Below, piece after piece: positions 13,533 to 29,945 of a stretch of DNA of 64,000 bases. The DNA is from the human T2T-CHM13v2.0 reference genome, Homo sapiens. Made by a program: the position numbers and the translations under genes. The notes under the pieces are model-generated. The model was not told where the DNA came from and did not search any database. It was given only the letters and a program-made list of their open reading frames with translations. The DNA lies in the NCBI RefSeq assembly GCF_009914755.1, contig NC_060925.1, one strand, 5' to 3'. Numbering within the stretch: position 1 is the stretch's first letter; every line of letters starts with the position of its first letter.

Positions 13533-14569
13533 CATGAGAATTGGTACCTTGGTCTTTCAAGGCCAAGGTGATGCTGTCCTGCAAGGGTTCTCCTCCTACC
13601 CACACCAGAGCTTTCCTTCCTGATCTAGGCTGTGCATTCGGGGGCACATGCATATCCTCACGGTGGCGGGGGAATGACTGCTTGCCCATCTGTGTCCTCT
13701 GCCCCCCCTCTACTCCAGGGCCTCAGGTGTACTGAGTCACTTATCTCTGAGCTTTGGCCTCTCTGGTCGCTGAATCTGCTGGTGCAGTCTTGGTTCCTCC
13801 TGGCCTGCAGATGTGTGCCCACACCCCTGCTGCTGATGATGGGCCCTGCCATCGCCTCCCTGTGGCCTCCTTGCCCTCATCCTCTGGGCTCCTCTGAAGC
13901 TCCTCACTGCTCCCCATGCCATTGAGAGGCACAGGAAGACTTACGGACCTTGTGAATGTCACTCATAGGCCTCTGGGAACCAGCAGGGCTCTCTCGGGTC
14001 TGCTGCTCTAGACACCTCCCTTGGTGTTTACGTGAGCCAAGAAGGCTGGCAGGGGATGGCATGGGCCGGATGCTCTCAAATTCTCCCTTCACTTCCCCAA
14101 AGTGCCCGTGAGAGTTTCTGTCTCCTCTCCTCCCCAACAGACCCAGCCGAGCTTCAGCACTGGGCTGGGGCCTGTTCCACCTCCTGCTCCTTCCATTCTC
14201 CCTGGAAGGACATCTAGGTTCCATTTTCTCTAGGTGGGGAGCTTCTCTTGCATCCTGTGAAGGTTCCCTCTCCCTAAGGCTCACAGTAAAGCTCTCTGGT
14301 CCAAGCTGGTCAGGCCCAGCCTGTGAATTCAGAAGAAGCTTTGGATATTTAAAAAAAACTTTTTCTCTCTTCACAAGGCTGACTTCTGAGACCCTTTTCT
14401 CACTGCAAACCTAAGAAAGCCAGCCGGGCCTCTTTGTTCTAATGAATACCTGCTCTCTGCATCCCCAGGCAATAAGCCTCCTGGACTTTTCTTGGAGGTG
14501 GAAAGGCTGCAAGACAATATGCTTTAGGGTAGGAGGAGGGGAGGATTCAAAGCAGCCTCCTCACAACCT

Positions 14570-14990
14570 GAATGGCCATCAACTGGTGAAAGATACAACC
14601 ATATAATGGATTATTACTCAGCACTGAAAAAGGTACCAGCTGTGATACACACACAGAGGAATCTCAGAAGCACTGTAATAAGTGGAAGAAACTCGTCACA
14701 GAAGGCAACACACTGCGTGAGTCAATTTATAGGAAAGTTGAGACAAGGCAAGTGTGCAGATTTTAGAACAGATCCGTGGTTGCCTGGGACTGGGTGGGGT
14801 GGAGGGGAGGGACTGATTGCAAAAGGGCATGAGAGAACTTTGGGGAGTAATGGAAATGTTTATATCTTGATGATGGTAGTAATTATACGATTATATACCC
14901 TTGCCCAAAATGATTGAATTGTACATTTAAAATTGGTGAATTTTATTATGTAAAGTAGACCTCAGTGTAGATGATTTTAAAAAAAGTAAA
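14570..14990 (+). mobile_element. L1ME-like 3' end fragment
   Basis: AATGGATTATTACTCAGCA, GTGGTTGCCTGGG plus G-tract, TTGAATTGTACATTTAAAATTGGTGAATTTTATT. Confidence 0.8.
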
Positions 14991-16139
14991 AATCACCAGT
15001 TACATATTTTAAGACATCAATCTCATTTCATATTGAAAACTGACATCCCAATATCTGATTCTCCATTTCAAACCTCTCACTATCCTCAGTATCACGTCTA
15101 AAAATCTGCCCTGCTCTCTCCCTTCCTTCACCCTTCTAGCTCATATCTCTTCTTGGAAACTCAGCTCAAACCTCACATTCTAACACGGGCCATTCCTGAA
15201 CCCCAGGACTAGGTTAGATCTCCATGTTCTGTGATCACACGACAAGCCTCCACCTCCTTTGTATCTTGTGACCATTTATTTGTTGACTTTCCATTTTCTC
15301 CCCCACACTGTAAGCTTGGTGTGCGGAGATCCCAGTGCAGTGCCTAACACACTCAATGAGTGTTTGCTGAGGGACTATTGTAGGCTCTCAGTGAATGTTT
15401 GTTGAATGAATAAATGAAAGATCTGTAAGTAGTTAGGTGGAGCTGGGGTGTTATTTGCATGGAAGGGAAGGTACTGAACAAAAATTAGACCAAGATCTAG
15501 GGAAAAGCCATGTGAACAAGGCTGAACTCTGAAGGGCAGAGGGAACTTAGAAAAGAGAAAGGACAATGAAAAGATGTTCTGAGCTGTAGGACCAGCCTAA
15601 ACAGAGGCTTGGAGGTGACACATAACAGCGAGCTCAGGAAGGTCAAGAAAAGAATGGCTGCTCTAAACCACACTCCAACATCATTAATAAGTATTTACCA
15701 AGTGCTAATCACATGCCCAGAACCGTGGGGGAAGTTATAAGAAGTATGAGCTGTTCCCAGTTCCCTCCTCCCCATGTCTCACCACCCTGCGCATTAGTCT
15801 CTGCCTCGTAAAGATCGATTCTGTATTGACAGTTTCTGTCTACACCCAAACAGCCAGAAAAAAAGCCTGTTGCAGAAACTTGACAGCAACTAGATTTATG
15901 ACTGCATCTCCTAGAACCCAGCCCAAATGCACCAGCCCTGCTGCGGCATCCAGCACTCTGAGGCACACAGAGGGCAGTGTTAGTCCAGTAAACCAACATT
16001 TACTGATGTCTACACTGTGCCAGCCTCTGAGGATACGGAGAGTAGTAAAACACCATCCCTGCCATGTGTAAGCCCTTAGACCAGCCAACAAGCATTACCG
16101 AATACCTTCCATGTGTATTCAATCATGACTGTTGAGTTT

Positions 16140-16470
16140 TGGTTATTTAACAAACACGTACGTCGTGCTTTCTGTGTGCCAGGAAATGTTCTAAGTACTT
16201 TACAAAGATAAACGCAGAGAATCCTCATAACAACCATTATTATTCCCATTTTACCAGCGTGGAGACTGAGGCAGAGAAAAGTACAGAAATTTGCCTAAGG
16301 TCTCCTGGCTGGTAAGTGACAAAGCCGGAAACCAAACCCAGGAAGTCGGCTGCAGAGTTTGTGCTCACATCCCCGCTACTGTAGTGCCTTATTTTTGTGG
16401 ATCTAGAGCTTCATTCATTCAACAAATATTTAGTGAGCTCCCACTGTGTGCTAGGCGTCTGCAAGATGCT
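16140..16470 (-). mobile_element. MIR plus L2 3'-end fragment
   Basis: TATTATTCCCATTTTAC...GAGACTGAGGCAGAGA; TTCATTCATTCAACAAATATTTAGTGAGC. Confidence 0.75.
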
Positions 16471-17309
16471 ATGTATGCAGAGAGTAGCGCATTCCGATTA
16501 CATGTGGGGAAGCTCTGCTATGCGCCTCGAGGGCAGAACCACGTCTGGCAGATTTCAACACCAGACATAGGGCTGCAACACAGAGTTGGGGCCTGATCAT
16601 GTTTGTTGAGTGACTGAAAGTGTCTGGCATTGGAAAGAGTGCTGAGCTTGGAGCCTGAGAACTTGGATCCCTCTTTCGGGAAAGGAACGTGTTTTGACGT
16701 GCTCATCCATACTCAGGTATGTTATACATCCCAAGGGGCTTATATTTAAAGAGTGGAACTGAGATAAGGCCATAATATCCTCCAAAAGAATGAAGTATTA
16801 ATAGTGGAATTTCAGGCATCCACAAAGGAGATAATTTGGTGGGTGGGTGGCCCCCAATCACGCCCTGTCATTGATTGCCTCCTCTAAGGGCCAGGGAATG
16901 CAACAAGCATCGTCCGCCTAGGAGGTGCCAAGCGTTCTGCGTGGGGCTGTGAGTCACTGGCTGGTCCAATTGAGATCTGGCGGGGAGGTGGAGAAGTGTG
17001 TCCACCCTGCAGGCAGACAAGTCCCTGGGGACAAAGCAGTGTCTGTGGGAGCAGAGGGAGGGCCTGGCCATCCGTGTCATGGAAGGAGGAGGCTGTCAGC
17101 AGCCCCGTTTTTGTGCCTGGGTTGGGGCTGGAGCCGCTTCTCTGGGCTGGCAGGAGCCTGAGAAGGAGCTGGCAGAGAAGTCCTGAGGGCCCCAGACTGG
17201 GCTGCTCTGAATGAATCCAGCTCCCTGCCATTGACCTGGGGTGCACCAGGCTTACCAGTTGCCCCCTCTCATAGCCAGAGATGCATCGGCACCAGGGTCT
17301 ACCTCATAA

Positions 17310-17788
<479 letters not shown>

Positions 17789-19720
17789 CAGAAGAGTCTT
17801 ATGTGCTGCCTAAGCCACTCGCAAAGTCCACTTTCATATCTTTGTCCCTAGGACCCAGGCACAGTGGAAGCTGGCAGAGGTGAGACCTCCCCACATTCAC
17901 TTGGCTCAGCCCAGAGGTGGGGCAGAGGCTGCAGGTCTCCTCTGCTGGATGGGCCTCCTGTCCTAACGAGCCATCCACCTGTGCCCAGGTACACCAGACA
18001 CATGGCCCAGCCTCTTACATAATCCTAGCCCCTGCTCTGTGAGGCGGAACTGTTACTTTCCCCCTCTTTCTGATGAGGAAACAAGGCCCAGAGAAGTGAA
18101 GTCAGCAGCCCAGGATAGGTCAGCAGGAGCCGGGGCCAGGCTGCAAAACTGCTTCTTCTGAATCTGTAGCCTAAGCACAGAACCACAGTGCCCAGCTACC
18201 ACCTGCAGGGGGTGGAGTCCTGCCTCCACCTTCCGGCCACCCATCCTTTGCCCTGGGTCTGGACCCTGGCATTGGTGGTGGCCATCGGCGCCGACCCATG
18301 GCTTGTCATTGTATCCAACACTGAAAACCTACTACCAGCCCTGCTTGGATCAGAGCCTTTAAGTGTAGCCCTTAACAGAAGTCAGTTAATCCCCCTTCCT
18401 GCCCCAACACACACACACGTGCATACACACAGGGTTGGCTCTGCCCTCCCTAGGGGTCTCTCCAGCCTCCACCTCCCTCCCCTAACCCCATCCATGCTCT
18501 CCGGAAGTTCCCAGCAATCCAGTTGGGACACAGTGAAATAAGCCCCAACCTCTCCGAGGTAGAAAAGGTGGTGCTTGGGCATGAAAATCCCCCTTAGCAG
18601 TTATAGAATTTAAAGCTAAGCATCGCCTTTCTTGAAATAGCAAGCATGTAGCTTTTCCCCGTGCATCTGGTGATGGTGTCAGAAACATTAGGGACAGCTT
18701 CTATTTGGCCACAGTCGAGCCAACCCTAGACAGTGGTGACCAGGGAGGCCCTGAGAGGCCATTGCAGCCAACGCCTTCATTAACAGATGTTGAGGCTAAT
18801 GTCCAGTGATGGTCAGGGATTTACCCCAAGTCATATGATGGCATCTAGCTAGGGTTGGAAGCCCACTCCCTCTAGTCCCAGTCCAGCACTCCAGAAGCAG
18901 CAAACAGTCTTTGGGACCTCCAGCACAGAGCCCCCTTCCTCAGAACTGCTCCCCCTGCCCAGTGGACAGCTCCAGATGCTGCTCTTCCTGTCCTATCTGT
19001 GGCTGTTCACGTTCATGGCTGCTGCCCCCACACCACTCTCTTGCCAGCCCTGTAACCAAACTAAACATTTCTCCATACTTCATTTCATCACCAAATAATA
19101 AAAGCAGGCTTATTCCCCCACAATGGAAGTGTTAATTTATTCTCTATCTTGCAGGCCAGCTCAGCCAACATGACCAGGCCAAGCTGAACATGGGAGGCCA
19201 GGTGGGCAGCAGCTTTCCAGAGAGCCCAGGGACCAAGGTGTCTTAGCTCTCGGCAGGAGTGCTGGTCTCCATCTCAGCCAACAGCGCAGGAGAGAAGCAG
19301 CTCAAACTCCTTCCCTGGTTGGACCAGGGCCAGTAGGCCCTTGTCCTGACAGTCCTCTGGCTGGAAGGCATAGCTTCTCCACGAGGCTGGGATGGGAGGC
19401 CCGTCCCAAAGCACCAAATAAAGAGTAATAATAAGCTCACGGTCGGGGGAAAAACCTCTCTAGCAGCCTGGCGCTGCTGGCTGAGCTGCTTCCAGCCCTA
19501 GTGGCCCAGATCCCAGGGCTGGCGCTCACCTAATGAGCTGGGCATTGCAAAGCTGGGCTCCCCCACCACCTGTGTTGAGATGAATCATCCATTGCGGGTA
19601 TCTCCATCTTCTGCATCTCTCCTCACACCCACATTGACCCCAGAATCTGGATTGTCATTACCTGTGGCCTTCTACACCAGTGAGGAGCAGGATAACACAC
19701 TGGTTAAGAGCTAGACTTGG

Positions 19721-20104
<384 letters not shown>

Positions 20105-20256
20105 TCATGCCTTCCTCTTTCAAAGAGTGGCTGTAAAGATGAATGAGCTAATAATTTAAAATGCTTAACCCAATGCTGGGCACAGAGTCCAGACAAACAG
20201 TGGTGATTAACAACCAATAATACTTGTAGCAGGTGCGTAAGAAAAGTTGTGGAGAG

Positions 20257-20673
<417 letters not shown>

Positions 20674-21571
20674 TAAAAAAAAAATCGTGGAATGTGGAAG
20701 AAGGAGCAATGCCCAGGGCCCAGAGAAGCCAGGCAGGCATCCTTAGAGGCTGTGGGGACAGTCAAACAGGGGCCTGGGCCTGCACAGAGCTGTGGGATGT
20801 TCTGGGCGTGCAATGAACCCAAGGCAAGGAGGCAAGAGCTGGAGGGACAAGGGCTCTGCAGCCAGGAGCAAGCTGACGGCTGGGAGCCAGGAAGGTGGGT
20901 TGAGCATCAGACTGAGGACCAGGCAAACAGGGTGGGGGTCAGGAGTCCAGCAGGCCAAGGACACAGAACTCAGCAGAATGATGGATTCTAATCCCCGAGT
21001 GGGGGCGCTTGCCTTCCATTCTGTTTTAGTGCTTCCTTCTCCAGGAGGGGGTAGGCTAAGGACGTGGATAATTGCAGTGGTCACTGGGGTTACTTCCCCT
21101 TCCCCACTACAACGGTCCAGTCCCAGGAAGTGGGACTGATCCCACTCCTATCTCCAGGATAACCAATCAGGGTAATCGGGATTCCCCTACCATCCACAGC
21201 AATTGTCCATCAGAGATGGTCTTCTCAGAGCATAGCTCAGAATACCTGTTTCATGGGTATGGGAAGAGTGGTTTCTTTCTCCCAAAAGGGGAAAAAGGAA
21301 TTGTATCACCCTGGTTTCTGCTGGCAGCATTCCTGTGATTATCAAATAAGCCATTTTAAGGAGTAAGCATGGAAGGCAGAGCATAGAGAAACAGAGAAAC
21401 AAAGGTCAAGTCCTGATAAAACTATGCCTAAAGCCCACACAGAGTACCTTCAGTCCTTTACTACACAAGGCAATAAATCTCAGAGCTATTAATAGTTTGA
21501 GTTGGTGCAGCAGGCGGAATAATGCCACCCCCAAAGATGTCCGTGCACTATCTCTAGAAACTGTGGATACA

Positions 21572-22108
<537 letters not shown>

Positions 22109-22592
22109 TTACATGGCAATAGGGACTTTTCAGATGTGATTAAGGACCTTGATATGGGTAGAGTACCCTGGATTATCCAGATGGACCCAATCTAATCATA
22201 TGAGTTCTTATAATTGGAGAGCCATTTCAAGGAGTGGTCAAAGGGAGATGGGACTAAGGAAGGCCAGTCAGAGAGATGCAGTAGCGCTGGCTTTGTTGAC
22301 AGAAGATGGGGACCGTGAGCCAAGGCCTTCTAGGATCTGGGAAGGACAAATAAACGAATTCTCTCACAGAGCCTCCAGAAAGGGATGCAGCCTGCTGATG
22401 CCTTGTTTTAGCCCAGTGAGATCCACATGAAGCTTCTAACCTACAGGATTGTAAGATACATTTATGCTACTTTAAGCCGCTAGGTTTGTGGTAATCTACT
22501 ACAACAGCAATTGAAAACTAAAACAGTTAGGTTTTCAGTTACTTGTAACCAAAAGCATCCTGTTTACATCATAACTCCACTTATTAACATAG

Positions 22593-22796
<204 letters not shown>

Positions 22797-23384
22797 TAAG
22801 CAGGTCTTCTCTTTCAGTATGTTGCTAAATGCATTATGCATTCTATCTAATTTAATCACCACAATAATTCTATATTGTTGAAACTATTAGTCCCATTCTA
22901 AATATAAGAAAAACTGAGTCTCAGAGAGGTGAAATCACATAACTAGTGAGTGAGGAGCCTGGATTTGAATTGAAGTTTGCTTGACCCCAAAGCCTGTCCA
23001 CTTTTCTCTACATCCTGCCGCTAGCTCTCAGTTCACCCCTCTGTGGTGAAGGCTGGCTCTTCTGTATCCCAGGAAAGGAAAGTGGTTCTAGCTGCCCAAA
23101 GGACAGTAGAGAAATGCCAGTGTTTCCAAATCTGCATGTCAATGCTCACCTTAACTTTGAGGCTTGCCCTCACCCACACGCTCCTCTTCTCTACTCCACC
23201 GACAGTGCTGTCATTTAAAAATCACCTTCCTTATAGAAGAAATGTCATTATGTTCACAAAATCTAAAACACCCAAAGAGAAGATAAAGAATTCCACCCTT
23301 TCAGATATGTGACCTACATCAGTGTTTCTTAAACTTTTGTCTGTGTGGGGTGTGTGCGGGGGGTGTGTGTATGTGTATGTGTGT

Positions 23385-23540
23385 TTTATTAGAGACAGAG
23401 TCTAGCTCTGTCACTGGGGCTGAAGTGCAGTGGCATGATCATAGCTCACAGCAGCCTCAAACTCCTGGCCTCAAGTGATCCTCCCTCCTCAGCCTCCCAA
23501 AGTGTTGGGATTACAGGCGTGAGCCATCGTGCCCGGCCAT
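23385..23540 (-). mobile_element. Alu monomer inserted in a MER5-like element (~23320-23645)
   Basis: Antisense monomer with TG-rich tail; flanking TTTCTTA(A/C)ACTTT duplication. Confidence 0.75.
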
Positions 23541-23789
23541 TTCTTACACTTTAATAAGCACACGAATCACCTGGCAGGCCTGAGCATCTAACCAGTTCCC
23601 AGCTGATGCTAATGCTGTGTTTTCTCCATCCACACTTTGAGTAGGGAGAGTCTACACAACAGCAAATCAATGAGCATCTGGAAATTTGGAAGTTGCCAGG
23701 GGTTGGCTGGCTGTCATGGGGCTCCATTGCTTGTGGGTGTGCCACGGAAACATAAATCCCAGAAGAGAACTCTCATATCTCCGAAAGCT

Positions 23790-24622
23790 CCCATTTAATT
23801 CTCAATTGTTGGTCATTCTCCACCCCTCTTTCTGTCACCCTTCCCCCACATGCAATGCATCAGCAAACCCATCAGCTCCATCTTCAAAATATATCTGAAA
23901 TCTGACCACATCTCGCCCTTCTGCACCACACTCCTTATGATGAAGTCCAAGCCACCATCACCTCTCATCTGCAAGATTACAACTGCCCCTTCCTGGGCTC
24001 CCCACTTGCATCCTCGCCTCGCTACAGTTCATCTTCCATACAGCAGCCAGAGGGATTTTTAAAAAGGAACATGAGATCTCTTTCTTACCTTGCTCAAATA
24101 CGCCAGGAGAGCAAAACTTCAAGTCCTCACCGAGGCCTACGAGGCCCTATGGGATCTGGTTGTTCTGTCACTCTAACCTTACGTCCTACAACTTTCCCCT
24201 TTGCTCCTTTCACACCAACTGCACTGGCCCCCTTGCTGCTCCCCATACATGCCCAGCACATTTTTGCCTCAGGGCCTTTGCACTTGTTATACTCTCAGAG
24301 AGCCCCAGGGTTCACTCACTTTCTGAGCTCTGATCACTTTAAAATATGGCCTCTCAGAGAACCCATCTCTGACTATCCTGTCCAAAATTGTACTCCCTGC
24401 CCTGCCACTCTGTCCCCTGTCCTTGATGTTTTTTTCAAGCACTAATTACTTCCTGACATTGTGTTTTACATAATTTGGTTATGTGACCCTGCTCCCCGTA
24501 GAAAGTAGGCTGTCCGTGGACAGAGACTCTCTCTGTCTCGTTTCATCTCTGTGTCTATAGAGCATAGAACAGTGCCTGGCACATAGCAGGGGTTCAGTAA
24601 ATATTTGCTGAATGAATGAATA
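23790..24622 (+). mobile_element. L2 (L2a-like) 3' portion
   Basis: TTTGCCTCAGGGCCTTTGCACTTG and terminal AGTGCCTGGCACATAGCAGG...ATATTTGCTGAATGAATGAAT. Confidence 0.85.
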
Positions 24623-25264
24623 TTGTTTTGCATAGGATGTATTTGTACACACACCAGGGCTTTTCACCTAGATGATGTTCTTATTGAGGGAAAGCATTGT
24701 AAACCCCTAAAGCACTTCCCAAGGAGGCATCCAAATTGTCTTGAACAATTGCAGTTTTCTTGGTATAAACTGGAAATTGAATGTCCACAGCAAGTACACA
24801 GCATCCTTGCTTCCATTCTTCTCTTCTGCTCACATGACACACATTATTTATAGATCATGGTAAACAAGTTTTCCCCCAGTGAGGGTTTGAAATCTTGGAC
24901 AGGTGAGGTGCTGGTGGGGCAGCCCTCATCACAGAAAGCACCCTGGCCATGGAGGTCTGGATATTTTCCCTTGACATGACTTGCAGCTGGAAAAGACCAC
25001 AAATGTGACAGAGGACAGAATGCCCAGAGGGCTGGGACTAAGCAGCTGAAATTGACAAAAACGAAGTCCAAGCAAGGTCAATGTTGTCCTTCGTTCAACC
25101 TCCTGAAAAAACCAAGCATCACCATTTGCCCTGTGGAGATAATATAAAGTGTGGTAGAGATGCATGTCTCAAGCTCTTTTTCACAATCTTCTTTGTATTG
25201 GTGAAAACTGGAAACAGGAAGGTGTTGGAGCCAAATCTCATAGGTCTTCATGATGAACTACTAA

Positions 25265-25465
25265 AGGCAGATTCTCAACCTTGGCACTATCCACATTTAG
25301 GGCCAGTAATTTGTTGTTTTGGGGGCTGTTTTGTGTATCATAGGACGTTTAGTAGCCAGTAGCGATGCCCCTCACCCCACCCGTTGTAACAACCAAACAT
25401 GTCTCCAGCCATTGCCAACTGTCCCCTGGGGGGCCGAATCGCCTCTGGCTGAGAACCATGACTGT
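25265..25465. mobile_element. MER20 (hAT-Charlie)
   Basis: TTCTCAACCTTGGCACTAT...GTTGTAACAACCAAACATGTCTCCAG...TGTCCCCTGGGGGGC...TGAGAACCA. Confidence 0.9.
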
Positions 25466-25847
25466 TACTTCAAGAAGAATAATGCTTCTTAATACCATGG
25501 GAAATGCTTATGCTGTTAGGCTGAGTTAAGGAAAAAGGTGCAAAATGTGTTTTCAACTATATTCATATGAATATAAACAGTGACATAGAAGAAATTTAGG
25601 AAGAAATATGCCAAGACGTTAACAGTGATCTCTGGGTGGTGGAATGATGAAAGATTTTGCCTTACTTCTTTATTTTTGCTTTTATACGTTCCTTCATTTG
25701 TTCAACAAATATTTATTGAGCACCTACTACATGTCAGGTGTTGTTTTAGGACCTAGGGAGAAGCTGTGTAAGATAGACATTCCTGTGGCTGTGTACAAGA
25801 CAGACATACCCATGAGGGGACAGGCATTATATAGGACTCTGCCCTCA

Positions 25848-26246
<399 letters not shown>

Positions 26247-27039
26247 CTACAAGGGCCGTAAAACAAGGGAAGGAGAGAGAACCAAGCCCAGCACTTAGTC
26301 CCTAGTCAATGAATATTTCTTGAATGAATGAACCCTTAGAGCATTTTAAGTAGAGGAGATGAATGATCTGATTTCCATTCAAAAATAATTATCAAAAAAT
26401 GTTTTTTCAAAAAACGGTAATACATGTTTGTTATAAAAAAATCAAACAGCATATGGGGGAATATGAAAATCATGCGTTATGCAGCCCATAGAGAACAGCC
26501 ACTGCAGACACTCTGGTGAACTTCTTTGCAAGCCTGCCTCTCACTCGCTCTCTTGCAATTCCTGCCTGTCCCCATCTCTCTTTATAAATATATAAAAGCA
26601 TTTTACGCAAGTGGATTCAAGCCATTCATGCTGTTGTGTAACCTGCTTTTTTCCTGCCCTTTGTAATTTTATGCTCATTGTAAACTTTCCACAGTGGGCA
26701 TGTATAACTTTTATAATCCGGAACATTAAAAAAAAAAAGCAAAAGACCACAAAAAATAAAGTAAAAACCCGCAAATACAGGATGAGGGTTCCCTGGCTGA
26801 GCAGTAAGGCTGTGAAGAAAGGCTTTGGGGTTTAGCTGACCACAAATTCAGCATGAGTTGACGGCATGCTGTGGTTTCTAATTTCAATCCAGTTCATGTT
26901 ATCGGACAATTCCCCAGCTCCCAGTATGGGAAAAGTAAAGGCAATATAAGGAAGCTTCTCTGGGCTCAGCTTGAGACAACTCACTGTTTGCTCAATTCCC
27001 TGCCTTACAGCTTTTGAAACACCTACTACGTGTAAAATC

Positions 27040-27235
27040 AGGATGATAAGAACAGCTAATGTTTCAGGAGCACTTACTCTGTGCCAGGCAATGTTCTACG
27101 AGCTTTACATACGTTAACTTGTTTAATCCTCCCAACAACCCTGTGACATGGATACCATTATTCTTCTCATTTTACAGATGAAGAAACTGAAACCCAGAGA
27201 GGTTAAGTCACTTGCCTAAGGTCACACAGCTTACT
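27040..27235 (-). mobile_element. MIR SINE
   Basis: CATTTTACAGATGAAGAAACTGAAACCCAGAGAGGTTAAGTCACTTGCCTAAGGTCACACAGCT. Confidence 0.9.
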
Positions 27236-27539
27236 AAAGCACCATGAGAAATACCAAGAAGAGCAAGCTATGGGTCTACCCTCAAGGAACTGACCGTCAA
27301 AAGGACACATGTAAGAGCCTCACGTTAATTCATTCAACAAACATTTCGCTCTGCAGGGCTCCCATAAATACACTCTCTCAACCCAGCCTCAGTGGATGTT
27401 CATTTATGTAGTCACCCAACACAGTTTTATTATGCACCAACTATATGCCAGGCACGGTGCTAGGCACTGGGGAAACGGTGGTGAACAAGACAAGTCCCCA
27501 CAGCTCAGCTTATAATCAGGTGGGAGACAGAAGAATTAG

Positions 27540-27628
27540 TGAAGCCAATAAGCACGTGATCTAATTATTTGCACATGAAGCCAATAAGCACTAATCTAAT
27601 AGTGAAGCAAATAAGCACGTGATCTAAT
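27540..27628 (+). repeat. Three copies of ~26-bp TGAAGC(C/A)AATAAGCAC(G)T(G/A)ATCTAAT
   Basis: Copies at 27540-27565, 27576-27600 and 27603-27628. Confidence 0.9.
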
Positions 27629-28388
27629 GTGGATGTCAGTCCTGTGAAGACAAATACAGCAGGCAAGGGCTGGAACTGACCCATGTGGAGGTCCAAGTAG
27701 GAGACCCAACGTAGGTCATTTAGAGAAGGCCATTGAGGAGGCCTTTCAGCTTTGGGCCAAGGAAGATAAGGAAGCGAATATGTCTTGATTGCGGTGAGAT
27801 AGAACCATAGAAAATGCAGGTGGAGGGGCAGGTTGGAGTCAGTCACACACAGAAGGGTTTGCTGCCAGGCAAGACTCTATTGCGTGTATGCTGGGGAGAA
27901 TTTGAGAGTGTTAAGCAGGAGAGCAACAAGATCTGATGTCCACTTTTGAAAGATCACTGGAACAGAGGGCAGCAGGTAAGGGGGAAGCAAGGAGACAGTA
28001 TAAGGCCAGTTTCATAGCAGGGGCACAAGCTGATAGGACAAGATTAGGGTGGCAAGAGGGTGCCCAGGGAGTCAGGATTCATGATTAAATGAGCACTGAC
28101 CAGACTTGTGGGTGGATTGGATGCAGGATGTGAGGGAAAGAGAGGAGGTAAGACAACTTCAGGGACTTGGACCGGAGCAACCTGGATGCCATGTACCAAG
28201 AAGCAGAAGACCAAAAGCAAAGCAGTTTTCAAGAATCCACCTGGTGTGAGATGCAGTGGGCCTTCTCCAAGCCAGGGGCTGGAGGCACCAGTCTGGAGCT
28301 TAAGGGAAAGGTCTAGCCTGTAGATAGACATATAGGAGATGTCAGTATCTGGAGGGACCTTATCTACAACCTCAGCCTGAATGAGCCC

Positions 28389-28560
28389 ACCCAGGGAGCA
28401 GGTGTAGACAGGGCCCCGGGGATGAGTGTAGACAGAGCCCAGGGAGTGGATGTAGACAGAGACCCAGAGAGAGTGTAGACAAGGCCCCAGGGATGAGTGT
28501 AGACAGAGACCCAGGAGTGGGTGTAGACAGCCCTGGGAGTGGGTGTAGACAGCCCTGGGG
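28389..28560 (+). repeat. Minisatellite, 7 units of 22-24 bp (core TGTAGACA)
   Basis: TGTAGACA at 28403, 28427, 28451, 28474, 28498, 28522 and 28544. Confidence 0.9.
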
Positions 28561-29381
28561 TACTCCACCACTTATCCGTTTGGAAGAGGAGACAGATTCC
28601 AGAAAGGAGCCTGAGAAGCAGTGGCCAGGGGAGAAGGAAGAAACCGAGAGTGTTGTCCTGGAAGCCAAGTGCTTAAGGCAGCGGGGAGAAATCAGCTCTG
28701 TCGAAAGCTGCTGATAGGGTGAGGAAGATGAGGCCTGGGGATCACCCACTTTGGCAGCAAGAGGCCACTGCACAGGAGGCATCCCCGAGGCCTGGAGTTT
28801 CCAGCTCTCAGCTCCATCCAGACACACCAGCAGCCCACAGACCTCTCCTCTGCTCATGTGGGCCCCAGGAAACGTTAGCCGGCATCCTGGCACAACCCTC
28901 CCCAGGCCGCACTGGGCAAAGATGGTCTCGCCTTGGTCGAGCTGACACGGGCACGCTGCAGCTTCCCAGAGGCCCTGCAATGTCTCCACTCTCCATGCCC
29001 ATGATGCCCTGATGCCTGCGGTGGCTGCACTGAATGGAAGTAATAACGCCCTCCTTTAGAGATCCCCGCGAGTGCTAAGGAACTCGAGAGGAAGCCTCTT
29101 ATCAACTGAGCACACTGAGTGATGTAAGTTAATGACCATCATCTGAAATGAACTCCTCCTGCCCACTGCCTTCCCACTCCTCCGAGCCCCCACCCACCGG
29201 CCCCTCTCGGCTACCCCTGCCCCGCCTAACTTGTCCCATCTCTTATTTTCCAGGGTCTCTTCCGGCTTGTCATTACAGTTCCTCCCGGTCTGCTTAGCCT
29301 TCTTTCCTCTGGTCTTACCATGCTGTCTCCCACCCTTTGTGGAGGAGAATGCAGGGAAAGAATAACAGAAATTATAGTGAG

Positions 29382-29419
29382 AGATGGTGATGATGATGAT
29401 GATGATGGTGATGGTGATG
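29382..29419 (+). repeat. (GAT)n/(GGT) trinucleotide microsatellite
   Basis: Directly visible. Confidence 0.9.
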
Positions 29420-29572
29420 AAGAGTGTGAATACCCCTTACTGAGCATTTCTGCAGGCTGACCTAGTTCAACTTCTCATCTATTCTTGCCTGCATCCTCGG
29501 AGGTAGATGTTCAAAGTGGTAGTGGCTGCCCCTGACATCATCAGAATAATAATCATGCCCACTATTTATTAA

Positions 29573-29945
<373 letters not shown>

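Larger units (their letters stand above)
27325..28800 (-). mobile_element. Long L2 relic
   Basis: TATGCCAGGCACGGTGCTAGGCACTGGG, TTAAGCAGGAGAG...TTTGAAAGATCACT, GTCTGGAGCTTAAGGGAAAGGTCT, GAAGATGAGG. Confidence 0.8.

Noticed and set aside
27540-28560. Short direct repeats as a CRISPR-like array
   Set aside because: No unique constant-length spacers, no cas genes, mammalian context.
28044-28989. 175-aa and 205-aa minus-strand ORFs with repeated peptides
   Set aside because: Produced by the minisatellite and L2 sequence.
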